Shown: positions 10,370 to 21,970, counted from the first letter of the stretch. The stretch: DNA of 29,013 bases from Macrostomum lignano (GCA_002269645.1 NIVC01003860.1:1-29013); one strand, 5' to 3'. The notes: generated by a model not told the origin, from the sequence alone. Program-made: numbers and translations.

Positions 10370-12239
10370 CTAAGCTCTGCATTTCAGGAGCTATTAGATT
10401 TTGGATTAGGACAAGGAGAAGGCTAAATAGTTATATTTTATTACAGTAGACATCAATACAAATTGCAATACAAACCAGGTATAATAATAAAAGTATATTC
10501 TTTATATCAGCTAAAAAATGTGACATTGCTTTAAATTGCATGTCTTTAATACATCTGTGATACCACTAAAATATGGATTTATTACTATTTGTAAGTAGTT
10601 AATAAAATTAAAACAAAATTAAAAATGGTCCAAAGCTTTCAAACTTTCTGCAAGCAATAGAAGCAAAATGCAGTTTTCTTAATAAGCATACAAATTATCT
10701 TTTAAAGTTTCAAATGAGGCCAGTAAAGTACAAATATAAAAATATGCTTTTTGCTACTTAAAGTAGCATAAAAAGATTTTAAATGTTCAGTGTTATTGTA
10801 TATATAAAAGACATAGGTATATAGATATAGACTATACTGTGATGTGGTATCCAAAAAAAGTTTTATTACATGAACTTGATTTTAGCTCATTACTCATTTT
10901 ATCCAATTTATCAATCTAAAGAAATAGATTTTGTAGACTTTTTTGTCAAGTACTATAAAACAAAACTTACATTTTTTGTGTATAACTAGTCTAATCTCAA
11001 AACATTTCTTTGAATATTTAGATAAAGATTTGCTTTCCCTTCTCCCTTTCTATTTTCTTCCTCTAGCCTCTTCTTCTCTCTATATCTCTTCTTGTTTATT
11101 CCTAATCCTTTTTCTATCATAGATAGTCTTTTTAATTGTCCTAAATCATCATGCTTCTATTATTAAATTTGGATTAATAATTAGAAGTTGGCATAGCCTA
11201 ATACTTTTCATAATATTTCTATTGGCATATCATAAGAGCTATAAGAAGTCATAAGAAGCTTAGTATATATTGGTATAAGTTTTTGATCAGTTATTCTTTG
11301 TTCTAGCCTATTTTGCACAATATCTGCTAGGCCTTAAGTTATATCATAGTATTAAATAAGATCATTTCATAAGTTTTTTTATTTAAGCCAAGTTAAATAG
11401 TTTTAATAAATATAATTTAAACATGTTAATATGATGCTATTACTAAATTAACTAATCACCTACAAGACAATTTTTAAAAATGATTCAATGTATGATAAGA
11501 CATTTTATCAAAAAAATTATGCCATATAAATTAAATTTTTTGTTAAATTTTGTAGGTATGCTTAGATTAGATCCAAAATATATTTTAAACAAGAATATAG
11601 TTGCAAAAAATAAATAAACAAATGTTAACAATATGAATGCTTTTTTATTACAAAACTGCCACTCAATAGGACTAATGTGGTAAAATTGCCGTAGATAGGC
11701 CTAGGCCTTTCTATAAAAAGAGAAATTTTAGACAATCAACTAAAATTTAAACAAAGGTATTATTGACATAAAATGCCATAGGTCTATTAAATGTGCTATA
11801 CTAAGAACAACCTAGGCCCTAGCCTTGGTACTTGGACTAGTTCTTGTGCCTCTAACCTTCACTGCAGCCTCTAGCTAGTATGGAGGCCCCTAGTAAAATT
11901 GCCAATTAGCCTAGTCTGCTTAGTATATCAAGTATTCATTGTCATTTATGAACTATACAACCCCTCTTCTATTCATTATTTATTCAATAATAGTTTTTAA
12001 AATCTCTTTTTTGCAGATTTTCCATACTGAATTCAATAAAATGTCTTTCTTTTTTACAAATAGTCTTTCAACAAATCAACTTTTGATGGATTGTCTTGTC
12101 TGGTTTCCTTTCAGGACATATGCATGGCTACATATAGTACAAATTCATGTAAAAATAGGGAAAACCAAAAATTGAAGCAGGTTGAATAGGCCTATTAACA
12201 GTTAGGTAAAGTAACATAACTGCATTTCTGCAGTAGGAC
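10370..12239. other. CpG-depleted AT-rich block, probably a hypermutated mobile-element relic
   Basis: I count one CG dinucleotide (11690-11691) in 1870 bp; CG reappears at once on both sides. The origin is inferred, not shown. Confidence 0.6.
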
Positions 12240-12670
12240 CGACCGAAACTGTAGCTAGCACTTAGCACTTAGCAGCAGTAGCAAATAAAAAAGCGATTCT
12301 AGAAACCAAACCATACACACAGGAAACAGTAAATAAAACTATGAATGCGTTTGTTGTTAACATCGGACTTCATAAAACTTCTCTACACTTTAATAGTCTT
12401 CGATAGCGACAGGGCAACATGATCAAAACAGTATCTATCTAGTCATTGATCAATATTCAGATTTCTTTTTTAGAAACCGCGGCATGGCAGCACTTTAAAT
12501 TTCTGCAAGTTCATGGATACGATTTATAACAAACTCTGGTAACTTTTATTTCCAAGAGAACTCGACTACTTATAGATAATTCAGTGGTGAGGAGTGAATT
12601 ACTACTAATGAAGAATTTTTTGAGTAAAAAATTCTTAGACCGCATAAAAGCACATCAGGCATACATCCAT

Positions 12671-12930
12671 GGGCCTTTTCATATTACCAATTCCAGAACC
12701 AGAATCGGTTCGGAATTCCAAGAAAAACAGCAGTATAACTATTAAACTCTGTTAATATTTGACTGCCTTAACAACCTAACTTAGCACAATTTTTCACTTT
12801 CTTATTGGCGATTGTCATTCAATAATAAAAACTTTATAGCACGTATCTCCCTCTAGTTATGGAGACAAAAAGTTATACTTCACAAATTGGTTCTGGTTCT
12901 GGAACCAGAGCAAGCAATATGAAAAGGCCC
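12671..12930. mobile_element. 260-bp MITE, PIF/Harbinger-like by its GGGCC termini and 3-bp TSD
   Basis: Perfect 15-bp TIR GGGCCTTTTCATATT/AATATGAAAAGGCCC, subterminal 14-bp inverted repeat TTCCAGAACCAGAA (12691-12704 and 12891-12904), CAT on both flanks. Confidence 0.85.
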
Positions 12931-14765
12931 CATAGTGCACTTCATTCTTCAAGGAATTCGAAATTCCCTACCCCTACCCAATAAAGACCAATGCAACAAA
13001 TCATTAACAAGTATTCACTTCGAAAATGTAATTGACAGAATAAGAAACACAATACGACATCGTTATCCATCTATGTAATGTAAAAAGTACACAGTATCTG
13101 ATTGACATCGACGACGTCGAATTGCTGTACGGGTTCAACTCCTTTGTGTACATCTTAGTTTTACTGGGAGGTGTTCATGGTCACTGCGATGGATAGTGCA
13201 GATAGGCAGAAAACAATAATTATTGAGACTGTTGCCCTTGTGATTTTTTGCTTTCCTATCGCCTGCCTAACACTCAGCACTGCAAGGGGTATTCCACTCG
13301 TATGGGAGCTATAGAAGTGCATAACTTCATTCATTTAGTCGAGCTATCACACACGGACGATCTATCCAATCCTGCTGAGGCGAGTTAATCTCAATTCGAC
13401 GAACTAAGAAGGGACCATCAGATTTTCTCCAACTCGGTCGAATGGTTCCGTTTTTGGTACAGTTAGCCGGGCTTCCGCAAAATGGAAAGAGATGAGGCGG
13501 ACAGAGTCTGGCGGGGAGTCGCGAATTGCCCTTTATACGAGCGGAATCAGATTTGCCTCGCGCTGCCTAGGAAAGCGTTGGCAGCAACAGGAAAAACTGC
13601 GGCCCAATAATTTTCTAGATTGATTCCCCATTTATCCTTCTATTTCTCTCTCTCTCTCTCTCTCTCTCCAACTCTGCGCCTTTCTGTCTCCCCAAAACTT
13701 TCTCATCTCATTTTCGAATTGCATGGAAAGCGAGCTTGGAGACTGCAGTTGCTGGGCGGGTGGCTTGGGAGTTGTCGGATAATGCAAAAGAGGCAAGCAG
13801 AGACAGGCACCAGAGTAGAACTCGCTCTCTTCAAAGGAGTTTGCTGATGAAAATGAGTCCAACTTTCTTTCAATGCACCCAAAAAGACTGTGTGTCTTTT
13901 CAAGGTCGGTAAGGGCCATGAGTATCGGCCAGTATTGTCTTAACTTTTTATCTAAAGGTTTTGGACTGATTACCTTGAGTGTCACATGCATGTAATTAGG
14001 CGCACAGGGTTATGAATACACTAGCGCTTATGGGAAAAATCCGACCTTCTGGCAGAATCGTCGAATATCTCGACGACTTGATTTTTGTTGAGAAGGTGCG
14101 CAACAAAAAGTTAGCCCATGTTCTTGAATTTCGTGTGTCTGCGTTGCGCAGCAAAAAAATTGTCAGGGCGGGTTCCCCATGGGCGGAAAAATGGCTTGAT
14201 CTGTATCCTACTGTTAAAACTATGTAAACTATGCTCATAAATCACAGCAATTGTCAGTTTGCAGCGTCGCCAGCAAACAGCAGTTTCTCTGTGTCTATGG
14301 TAAAACCAGACTTTCTACCCGTAAGGTTCGTATCAGTACTTGTCTCAGTCAGCTGAGTCACCAAAGCAGCTGACTACCCAAAGAACAATGTCACTGGACA
14401 GCTGGACAGATGATTTATACCAAACTGTCAGCCATTTTGGAGTTGAAGTCAAGAATAAATTCAGACCTATAGGAGATTATAGGACTAAATGCAGTTCCAC
14501 TGCCTGTTCTAGCTACAATACAAACTAAAACTACGTTACCCGAACTTGTTGAAAGAAAAAAATATTTTCTTGGTGAATTATATTTTATAATTCTAATTTA
14601 TAGAATTATATTTTCATGTTGAAAGACTGTAAAAAGCATGAAAAAAGTTTGTATTATTTATGAACTTTCAGGTAGGTGGCGTAGAATTTGTGCAAGTTGT
14701 AAGAGTAATTTAAAGCGCCAGCGAACACCTGGACCTTAGTACAGCTGTGCTATGGAACACCATGA

Positions 14766-15468
14766 AACACACAGTGAAGCCAAGTAACACCCATGGTGCC
14801 AAGAAACACCCATGGCGCCAAGAAACACCCATGGCGCCAAGAAACACCCATGGCGCCAAGAAACACCCATGGCGCCAAGAAACACCCATGGCGCCAAAAA
14901 TATCCATGGCTTCAAGAAATAGCCATGGTGTCAAGAAATACCCATGGCGCCAAGCAACACCCATGGCGCCAAGAAATAGCCATGGTGTCAAGAAACACCC
15001 ATGGTGCCAAGAAACACCCATGGCGCCAAGAAACACCCATGGCGCCAAGAAATAGCCATGGCGCCAAGAAACACCCATGGTGCCACGAAATAGCCATGGC
15101 GCCAAGAAACACCCATGGTGCCAAGAAATAGCCATGGTGCCAAGAAACACCCATGGCGCCAAGAAACACCCATGGCGCCAAGAAACACCCATGGCGCCAA
15201 GAAACACCCATGGCGCCAAGAAACACCCATGGCGCCAAGAAACACCCATGGCGCCAAGAAACACCCATGGCGCCAAGAAACACCCATGGCGCCAAGAAAC
15301 ACCCATGGCGCCAAGAAACACCCATGGCGCCAAGAAACACCCATGGCGCCAAGAAATAGCCATGGCGCCAAGAAACACCCATGGTGCCAAGAAATAGCCA
15401 TGGCGCCAAGAAACACCCATGGTGCCAAGAAATAGCCATGGCGCCAAGGAATTCCCAGGGCGCCAAGA
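14766..15468. repeat. 19-bp minisatellite (CCATGGCGCCAAGAAACAC)
   Basis: About 36 units; source of the many MAPRNTHGAKK and FLAPWVFLG ORFs. Confidence 0.97.
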
Positions 15469-16640
15469 TGGAATGCCGACAGTGCCAAATACCAAAAGCT
15501 CAAGTCAGAAACTCAATACAAACGTAACACAGTAGCTTGATGGGTAGCCAGTAAGTTTGCGAAGAATTCCAGTAAAGCGTATCTCTAGAAGCTCCTAATA
15601 ATAATAATTACTCTTCTCGGTTAATGAAATAGAACAGCTTATTCCACTGACAGATGGATGGCGCAACAACCAGCACAGTTGCTATGCAGGCCGAGTCCCA
15701 CCGATCCGGCCAACACATGCCCGGGCTTGGCGATGAAAAAGTCACAAAAAATGAATGATGAGGGCAGCGAATTGAACAATGGATTGGGGGTTTAGCCTGT
15801 CTTCGTGATCTAGAAACCTGGCTAGCTACTGGTGTGTGTTATTTCTCGCCTTGGCAACCGAGTTCAGCATTCGAATAGGATGGAAAGAGTTACGGAAGGT
15901 ACTGCATTTTTAGCAGCGGCGGCTTCAAAGCGAAGGAGACGCTTGTCGCAGTTTATCCGCTCACCGCTCCATCACTTTCTGGCCCGGCCCAACAACCGAA
16001 GTTCAGGCAGTAAGTCTAGTCAGGTTCCAAAGTGTCAGAAACACACAGCGCAAAAACTCAGCACAATTGCACTATAGTTGGGGACACTTTGCACTAGTTA
16101 TGTTTTTAATCGCACTGGTTAGTATTTCCTAGCACCCGCGCGCAGACAATTAGGTTAAAATGCTTATAAGCAATATATTCGTATTGGCTATATATTATGG
16201 CGTTAGCAATAGCTCCTGGGCGGGACCGCTGGCTTGTCACCGCTGATTTCAACTGCAATCAATCAGTTGGGCTGGACCGGCGGCCCCTCAGTTCTACTGC
16301 AGCCCCCCCCCCCACACCAGTGTGAACCAGCAGCTGCTGTTGTTAATAACAGACCTTGAAACCGCAAAAAATACCTTCGGTTGCGCCCAAACTAAGGTCT
16401 ATCTATCTTCTGCCCGCCTTCTGGGGGGGGGGTCCATGGCGCTCTCCAGTCTCCCCTCTCACTCTGTCAGACCAGCCGCACTGCCTGAAACTTTCCACTC
16501 TATTCTCAAAGACCAGCCGGTGCGGTGTCTAGTAAACTCTGAAATACTTCACTGGCGAGAGACGTGCTTTATTTTGTAAAAAATAAGCTGCTTTCACTTT
16601 TTGAGCCGGCTACTTGAAAGCGACACAGATGAGACTAGGC

Positions 16641-17052
<412 letters not shown>

Positions 17053-17819
17053 GGATTAAAAATGCTGCAGTCCGGCAGTGACTGAATGAGCCATCAATGC
17101 CGTTAATTTCAGGTTAAGCGGTAAGCCGAGGTGCCGCAGATAAATGAGATCATATTGAGTCGGGAGCCGGGCCGATCCCCTGAATTCATTCCTCCCTCTC
17201 GGCTTCCCCTACGCCAAGCCGTTTGCTGTTCGGGCTGTGGAAGGTAATTATTCAAAATCCCCACCTACCCAATCCCTAGAGAAGTTCCGCCCCCACCCTC
17301 CCTCAAATCAGTTATCCCCTTCTTCCCCGACACCAGTCTGGTCTGGTGACCAAGCCCGGGACTCCCTCTCTTATGCAGTAGAAAGAAGATAAGGCGGCCC
17401 CCCGCTGCCTGCACCCCCCTGTCGGACAGTGACTGATGACCCGCTCCCGGTGCCTTTCTAAGCGCCACTTGAATGGAATTTTTTATTCGTTTGGAAACGA
17501 AGGCTTCTTTCTTTCTTCCTAGCCAGCCGTGCCCGACCCCTTCCGCCCAAGGCCGGAAGGCCAAAGCAGAAGCAAATGGCTGTGTTGTGTTTGTGCGGCT
17601 TCGGTGCTGGTGGCTGGACAACTTTTCAAACCAGTGGGGGCGCGCATCGTCTCGGAAAATAAGCATTAGAAAAGAAACAAGCCACCGAGCCAATTCGAGC
17701 ATCTCCGCTTTCATTGGCCCGCCAGCCAACCAGCTGAAGCATAAAAGCTACAAAGCCGCAAAGCAAGGACTGTTCCCGTTGAGTCCAGTCGAAGAATTCC
17801 TTTGAACCTTGAAACAGCA

Positions 17820-19133
17820 ATGAATTCGCACGTCGGCAACTTGACGCTCCTGCTGTTTTTCACTGCGCTGCTCAAATCAGCCGCTCTGTCAACTTCCGCT
17901 GTCGTTTCCCTAACCGGAGACGAAGCTGCCTCGATGTCGTCCAGGGCCGACCAGTTCTGCGCGCCCGTGCCGATCAGGGTGCCCGTCTGCTCTAAAATCC
18001 GCTACAACACCACGGCCAGCTTCATCGCTCAGGATCGAGTCGCTTTCCTACTTGGCAATCTGCAAGAGCTTGTCAATACGAATTGCGCGCCCTACCTTCG
18101 CCTGTTGGCCTGCTCGGTGCACCTGCCTCTGTGCAACAGCGACCAGAGCCTGCTGGTCCGGCCGTGCCGAGAGTTCTGCTCCTCAGTGAAGGGACTCTGC
18201 GAGGCCCAGCTGAGGCGGTACGGCATCGAGTGGCCCAGTCACCTGAACTGCGATCAGCTAGAGCTGGAGGACAACGGCAGTAAAAAGAATCTCTGCCTGA
18301 GACCCATCGAGGAGGAGTTCAACGCCCAGATGATGAAGAAACAGCCGCCACCGCCGCATCTCCCGCTGCCGCCGCCGCTCTCGCCGCAGATTGTCGGAGC
18401 CAGCGCCGGCTCGGGAAACGGCTCCGGAACGGTGGACTCTGCCGCCACTTCCACAGCCCCCGGTTCGGCTGTGCCCGACGCTGATTGGTCCTCAGATGCT
18501 CCGAAGTGCTCCGCCGCTGAGCTTCCAGTCGGCGGAGTCGGCGGCTGGTGCGCCAAACGATGCCTGTCCAGTTACCTGTTCGCCAAGGAGGATCGCGACT
18601 TCGCCGACGCCTGGATGCTCGCCTGGTCTGTGGCCGCCGCCGCCTGCGCCATCCTGGCTTTGGTCACCTTCGCCCTGGAGCCCGGCCGGTTCCGCTATCC
18701 GGAGCGGCCGGTGGTCTGGGTGGCCGCCTGCCACCTGGTCCACGCCGGCGCCCATCTGCTGCGCGCAGCGCTCGGGCCGGAGCTTGCCTGCAGCCGCTCC
18801 TCTGCTGCCCTGTCCGGCAGCCGCGGCGAGCTGGCCCTGGTCAGCCGGCACGCCGGGCAGTGGTGCGCCGCCATCTTCCTGCTGCTGTACTTCAGCTGGC
18901 TGGCCGGCCTGCTGTGGTGGCTGGCCCTGGCGCTGTGCTGGCACCTGAGCGCCGCTCGGCGCTGGCACCATGGACTGCTGGCTGAAAGGACCGTCTGGCT
19001 TCACCTGCTGGCCTGGGGCGCCCCGCTGCTGCTGAGCGTCACTCTGCTGGTGCTGCACCGGATCGAGGGGGACGAGCTCACCCACCTGTGCGTGGTGGAC
19101 GGCTCCCGGCCAGCCGATCTGCTCATGTTTCAG
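17820..19133 (+). CDS. fzd: Frizzled (Fz4/9/10-like) exon 1: signal peptide, 10-Cys CRD, linker, TM1-TM4
   Basis: ATG at 17820 followed by a hydrophobic signal; CRD with YNTT and W.P..L.C; RFRYPERP; CVV in ECL2; donor CAG|GTGGGA. Confidence 0.93.
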
Positions 19134-19281
19134 GTGGGAAACTTTGCTAATTCTCTGGCTGTGTTGTGGGGAAGTAAAAGGATGATTGATAGATCCGGTA
19201 GATCCTCTATTCAAATTTTCTGAAAATTTATCGATTCCGGTCAGTTTGAGCGTATTCTCCACCGCTACCGCCAACCTCCAG

Positions 19282-20088
19282 GTGGTGCCGATGGCCACCG
19301 CACTGCTGCTCGGCCTCGGCTTTTTGGCCTCCGCCCTGCGCTCGGCGCTGCTGTCCGCGGCCGCCGCTGATTCGCCTTTTCCAGCCGACGAGCGCCGGCA
19401 GGACCAGCGGCAGGCTGACAAATCCGCAGGCGGAGGAGGAGCTGCTCTCTCGGGATCAGCCGAAGGCGCCTCACCGGAGCAGCGGGCGGCCCGCCTCAGC
19501 CTGTTCGCCTTCCTGTTCGCCCTGCCGGCCGCCTGCGTGCTTGCTGCCAACGTCTACGAGCTGGCCGAGCGCCCGCGCTGGACTGAAAGCCTCGCAGCCG
19601 TGCTGGCCCGGCCCGGCTGCGCCAGCCGCCAAGGAGTCAACAGCATCGCCGGGTGTCGCCTGTCGTCCCGGCCGTCGGCCGCCGTTTACATGCTGAAGAT
19701 TTTCATGTCGCTGACCGCGGGACTGCCGGCCGGGCTGCTGGTGTGGGCCAACTGGCAGTCGCTGAGCGCCTGGCGCGCCTGGCTGGGCCGACTGACCAGC
19801 CGCTGGACGCGCCGCAAGCAGCTGCCGCAGACCGCGCAGCCGCAGCCGCCTCCTCCAACGCGGCCGCTGGTGCCTCCGCCACCGCAGCAGCCTCAGCCGC
19901 CGTTGCCTCCGCCGCCGCCAGTCAGCCATCGTCAGCAGCGGCACTATCACGTGTTCAATCCTGCCCACAGTTGCAGCAGCAGCCAGCAGCAGTACGAGCT
20001 GCATCACGCCTACGCTACAGTTGACAGCGTCAGGTGCGACTCAGCCAGGAGCAAGCGGCTGCACGGCTGCGCTGTGTCGGATGTTTGA
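19282..20088 (+). CDS. fzd: Frizzled (Fz4/9/10-like) exon 2: TM5-TM7 and Pro/Gln-rich tail ending in the PDZ-type motif SDV
   Basis: Acceptor CTCCAG|GTG, phase 0, after a 148-nt intron; LPAACV..N.YE in TM6, YMLKIFMSL in TM7; TGA at 20086-20088. Confidence 0.92.
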   Translation: MVPMATALLLGLGFLASALRSALLSAAAADSPFPADERRQDQRQADKSAGGGGAALSGSAEGASPEQRAARLSLFAFLFALPAACVLAANVYELAERPRWTESLAAVLARPGCASRQGVNSIAGCRLSSRPSAAVYMLKIFMSLTAGLPAGLLVWANWQSLSAWRAWLGRLTSRWTRRKQLPQTAQPQPPPPTRPLVPPPPQQPQPPLPPPPPVSHRQQRHYHVFNPAHSCSSSQQQYELHHAYATVDSVRCDSARSKRLHGCAVSDV

Positions 20089-20329
20089 GCACTTTGACCC
20101 GTAATGGAAATTCACTATTATGCTAAATGTTGTTTGCTTGATATAATTGACCTATTTTTTAAGCTTCTCACCTTCCAAATAGTTTCTTAGAAAGCTTTTT
20201 TTGAGCTCATCGGACACGCTTGCCTGGCTGCTTGCTTGTATATAAAATTTGCTTCTCTTGACAACTCCTTTATTAATCATTAGCAGGATTATGTGGCTCT
20301 CCGAATAAGTTGGTGGGGATTGATGAGGA

Positions 20330-20837
20330 GAAAGGTCTACGACCTTTCTGGTTGGTCAGGGTGGAAGGTCTACGACTCTCTCTGATTGGTCAGGGTGGAA
20401 GGTCTAACGGCTCTCTCTGATTGGTCAGGGAGGAAGGTCTACGGCTCTCTCTGATTGGTCAGAGTGGAAGGTCTACGGCTCTCTCTGATTGGTCAGGGAG
20501 GAAGGTCTACGGCTCTCTCTGATTGGTCAGAGTGGAAGTTCTACGGCTCTCTCTGATTGGTCAGGGTGGAAGGTCTACGGCTCTCTCTGATTGGTCAGGG
20601 TGGAAGGTCTACGGCTCTCTCTAATTGGTCAGGGTGGAAGGTCTACGGCTCTCTCTCCGATTGGTCAGGGTGGAAGGTCTAATGGCTCTCTCTGATTGGT
20701 CAGGGTGGAAGGTCTACGGCTCTCTCTAATTGGTCAGGGTGGAAGGTCTACGGGCTCTCTCTCCGATTGGTCAGGGTGGAAGGTCTAATGGCTCTCTCTG
20801 ATTGGTCAGGGTGGAAGTATCTTGCTAATTGGTCAGG
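20330..20837. repeat. 34-bp minisatellite (GGAAGGTCTACGGCTCTCTCTGATTGGTCAGGGT), about 14 units, each with an inverted CCAAT box
   Basis: Read directly; begins about 240 bp after the frizzled stop codon. Confidence 0.95.
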
Positions 20838-20851
20838 AATAAAGGAATAAA
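20838..20851 (+). terminator. Candidate frizzled polyadenylation signals (two AATAAA)
   Basis: First canonical AATAAA hexamers after the stop codon (20838, 20846). Use is unproven. Confidence 0.4.
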
Positions 20852-21172
20852 AGTCAGTAATTGTATAGTAAATTTAGTACTTGTAACGCAACACCCAGTC
20901 AATACAAATGATGTAATTACTATAAGCTGCATATGATACCAGTAGTTTACACTCTGCCGCTTCTTCGATTACCCAGACTATATTTTAGCTTGTCAAACTT
21001 GTAAACTATCAAATCCTTTTTCAGATTTTAATCCGTAGCTGGTACAAAATTCATATAAATTCAAAATTCATGACAGAGACAAAATGTCGCAATAATTCTA
21101 CAAATACATTTGGTAGAGATTGCTAGCCAGTGAAGCAAGAAGTTCTTTGTTTGAACATCTGAGTATTATTGG

Positions 21173-21193
21173 TGTCTGAGTAGACTGGAGATA

Positions 21194-21260
<67 letters not shown>

Positions 21261-21349
21261 GGAGAGAGAGAGAGTGTGTGTGTGTGTGTGTGTGTCTGAA
21301 TGAGAGAGAGAGAGAGGGGAGAGAGAGAGTGAGAGAGAGAGAGAGAGAG

Positions 21350-21407
<58 letters not shown>

Positions 21408-21459
21408 TGAATGAGAGAGAGAGAGAGAGGGAGAGAGAGGGAGAGAGAGAGAGAGAGAG

Positions 21460-21495
<36 letters not shown>

Positions 21496-21537
21496 TGAAT
21501 GAGAGAGAGAGAGGGAGAGAGAGGGAGAGAGAGAGAG

Positions 21538-21577
<40 letters not shown>

Positions 21578-21657
21578 AGAGAGAGAGAGAGAGAGGGGGA
21601 GAGAGAGAGAGGGGGGGAGAGAGAGAGAGGGGGGAGAGAGAGGAGAGAGAGAGAGAG

Positions 21658-21731
<74 letters not shown>

Positions 21732-21970
21732 AGAGAGAGAGAGAGAGAGGGGGGAGAGAGAGAGGGGGGAGAGAGAGGAGAGAGAGAGGGGGGGAGAGAG
21801 AGGAGAGAGAGAGAGAGAGAGTGTGTGTGTGTGTGTGTGTGTTTCTGAGTAGAGTGGTAGACTGGAGGTATAATGAGAAAGAGAAAGAGTGGAGAGAGAG
21901 GAGAGAGAGTGTGCGAGTGAGTGACTGAGTAGACCGAATATATAATGAGAGAGTGTGTCTAAGTAGACTC
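21173..21970. repeat. Compound (GA)n/(GT)n microsatellite with higher-order structure
   Basis: Alternating GA and GT tracts joined by CTGAAT/GAAT; flanked by CTGAGTAGAC...TATAATGAGA copies. Confidence 0.95.

Noticed and set aside
14012-14227. YLDDLI in a 71-aa ORF as a reverse transcriptase YxDD motif
   Set aside because: The flanking residues do not match RT motifs before or after YxDD; likely chance.
18083-20024. Overlapping and antisense ORFs across frizzled, including the 352-aa minus-strand ORF
   Set aside because: Shadow ORFs of very GC-rich coding DNA; low-complexity Ala/Arg/Gln content and no domain.
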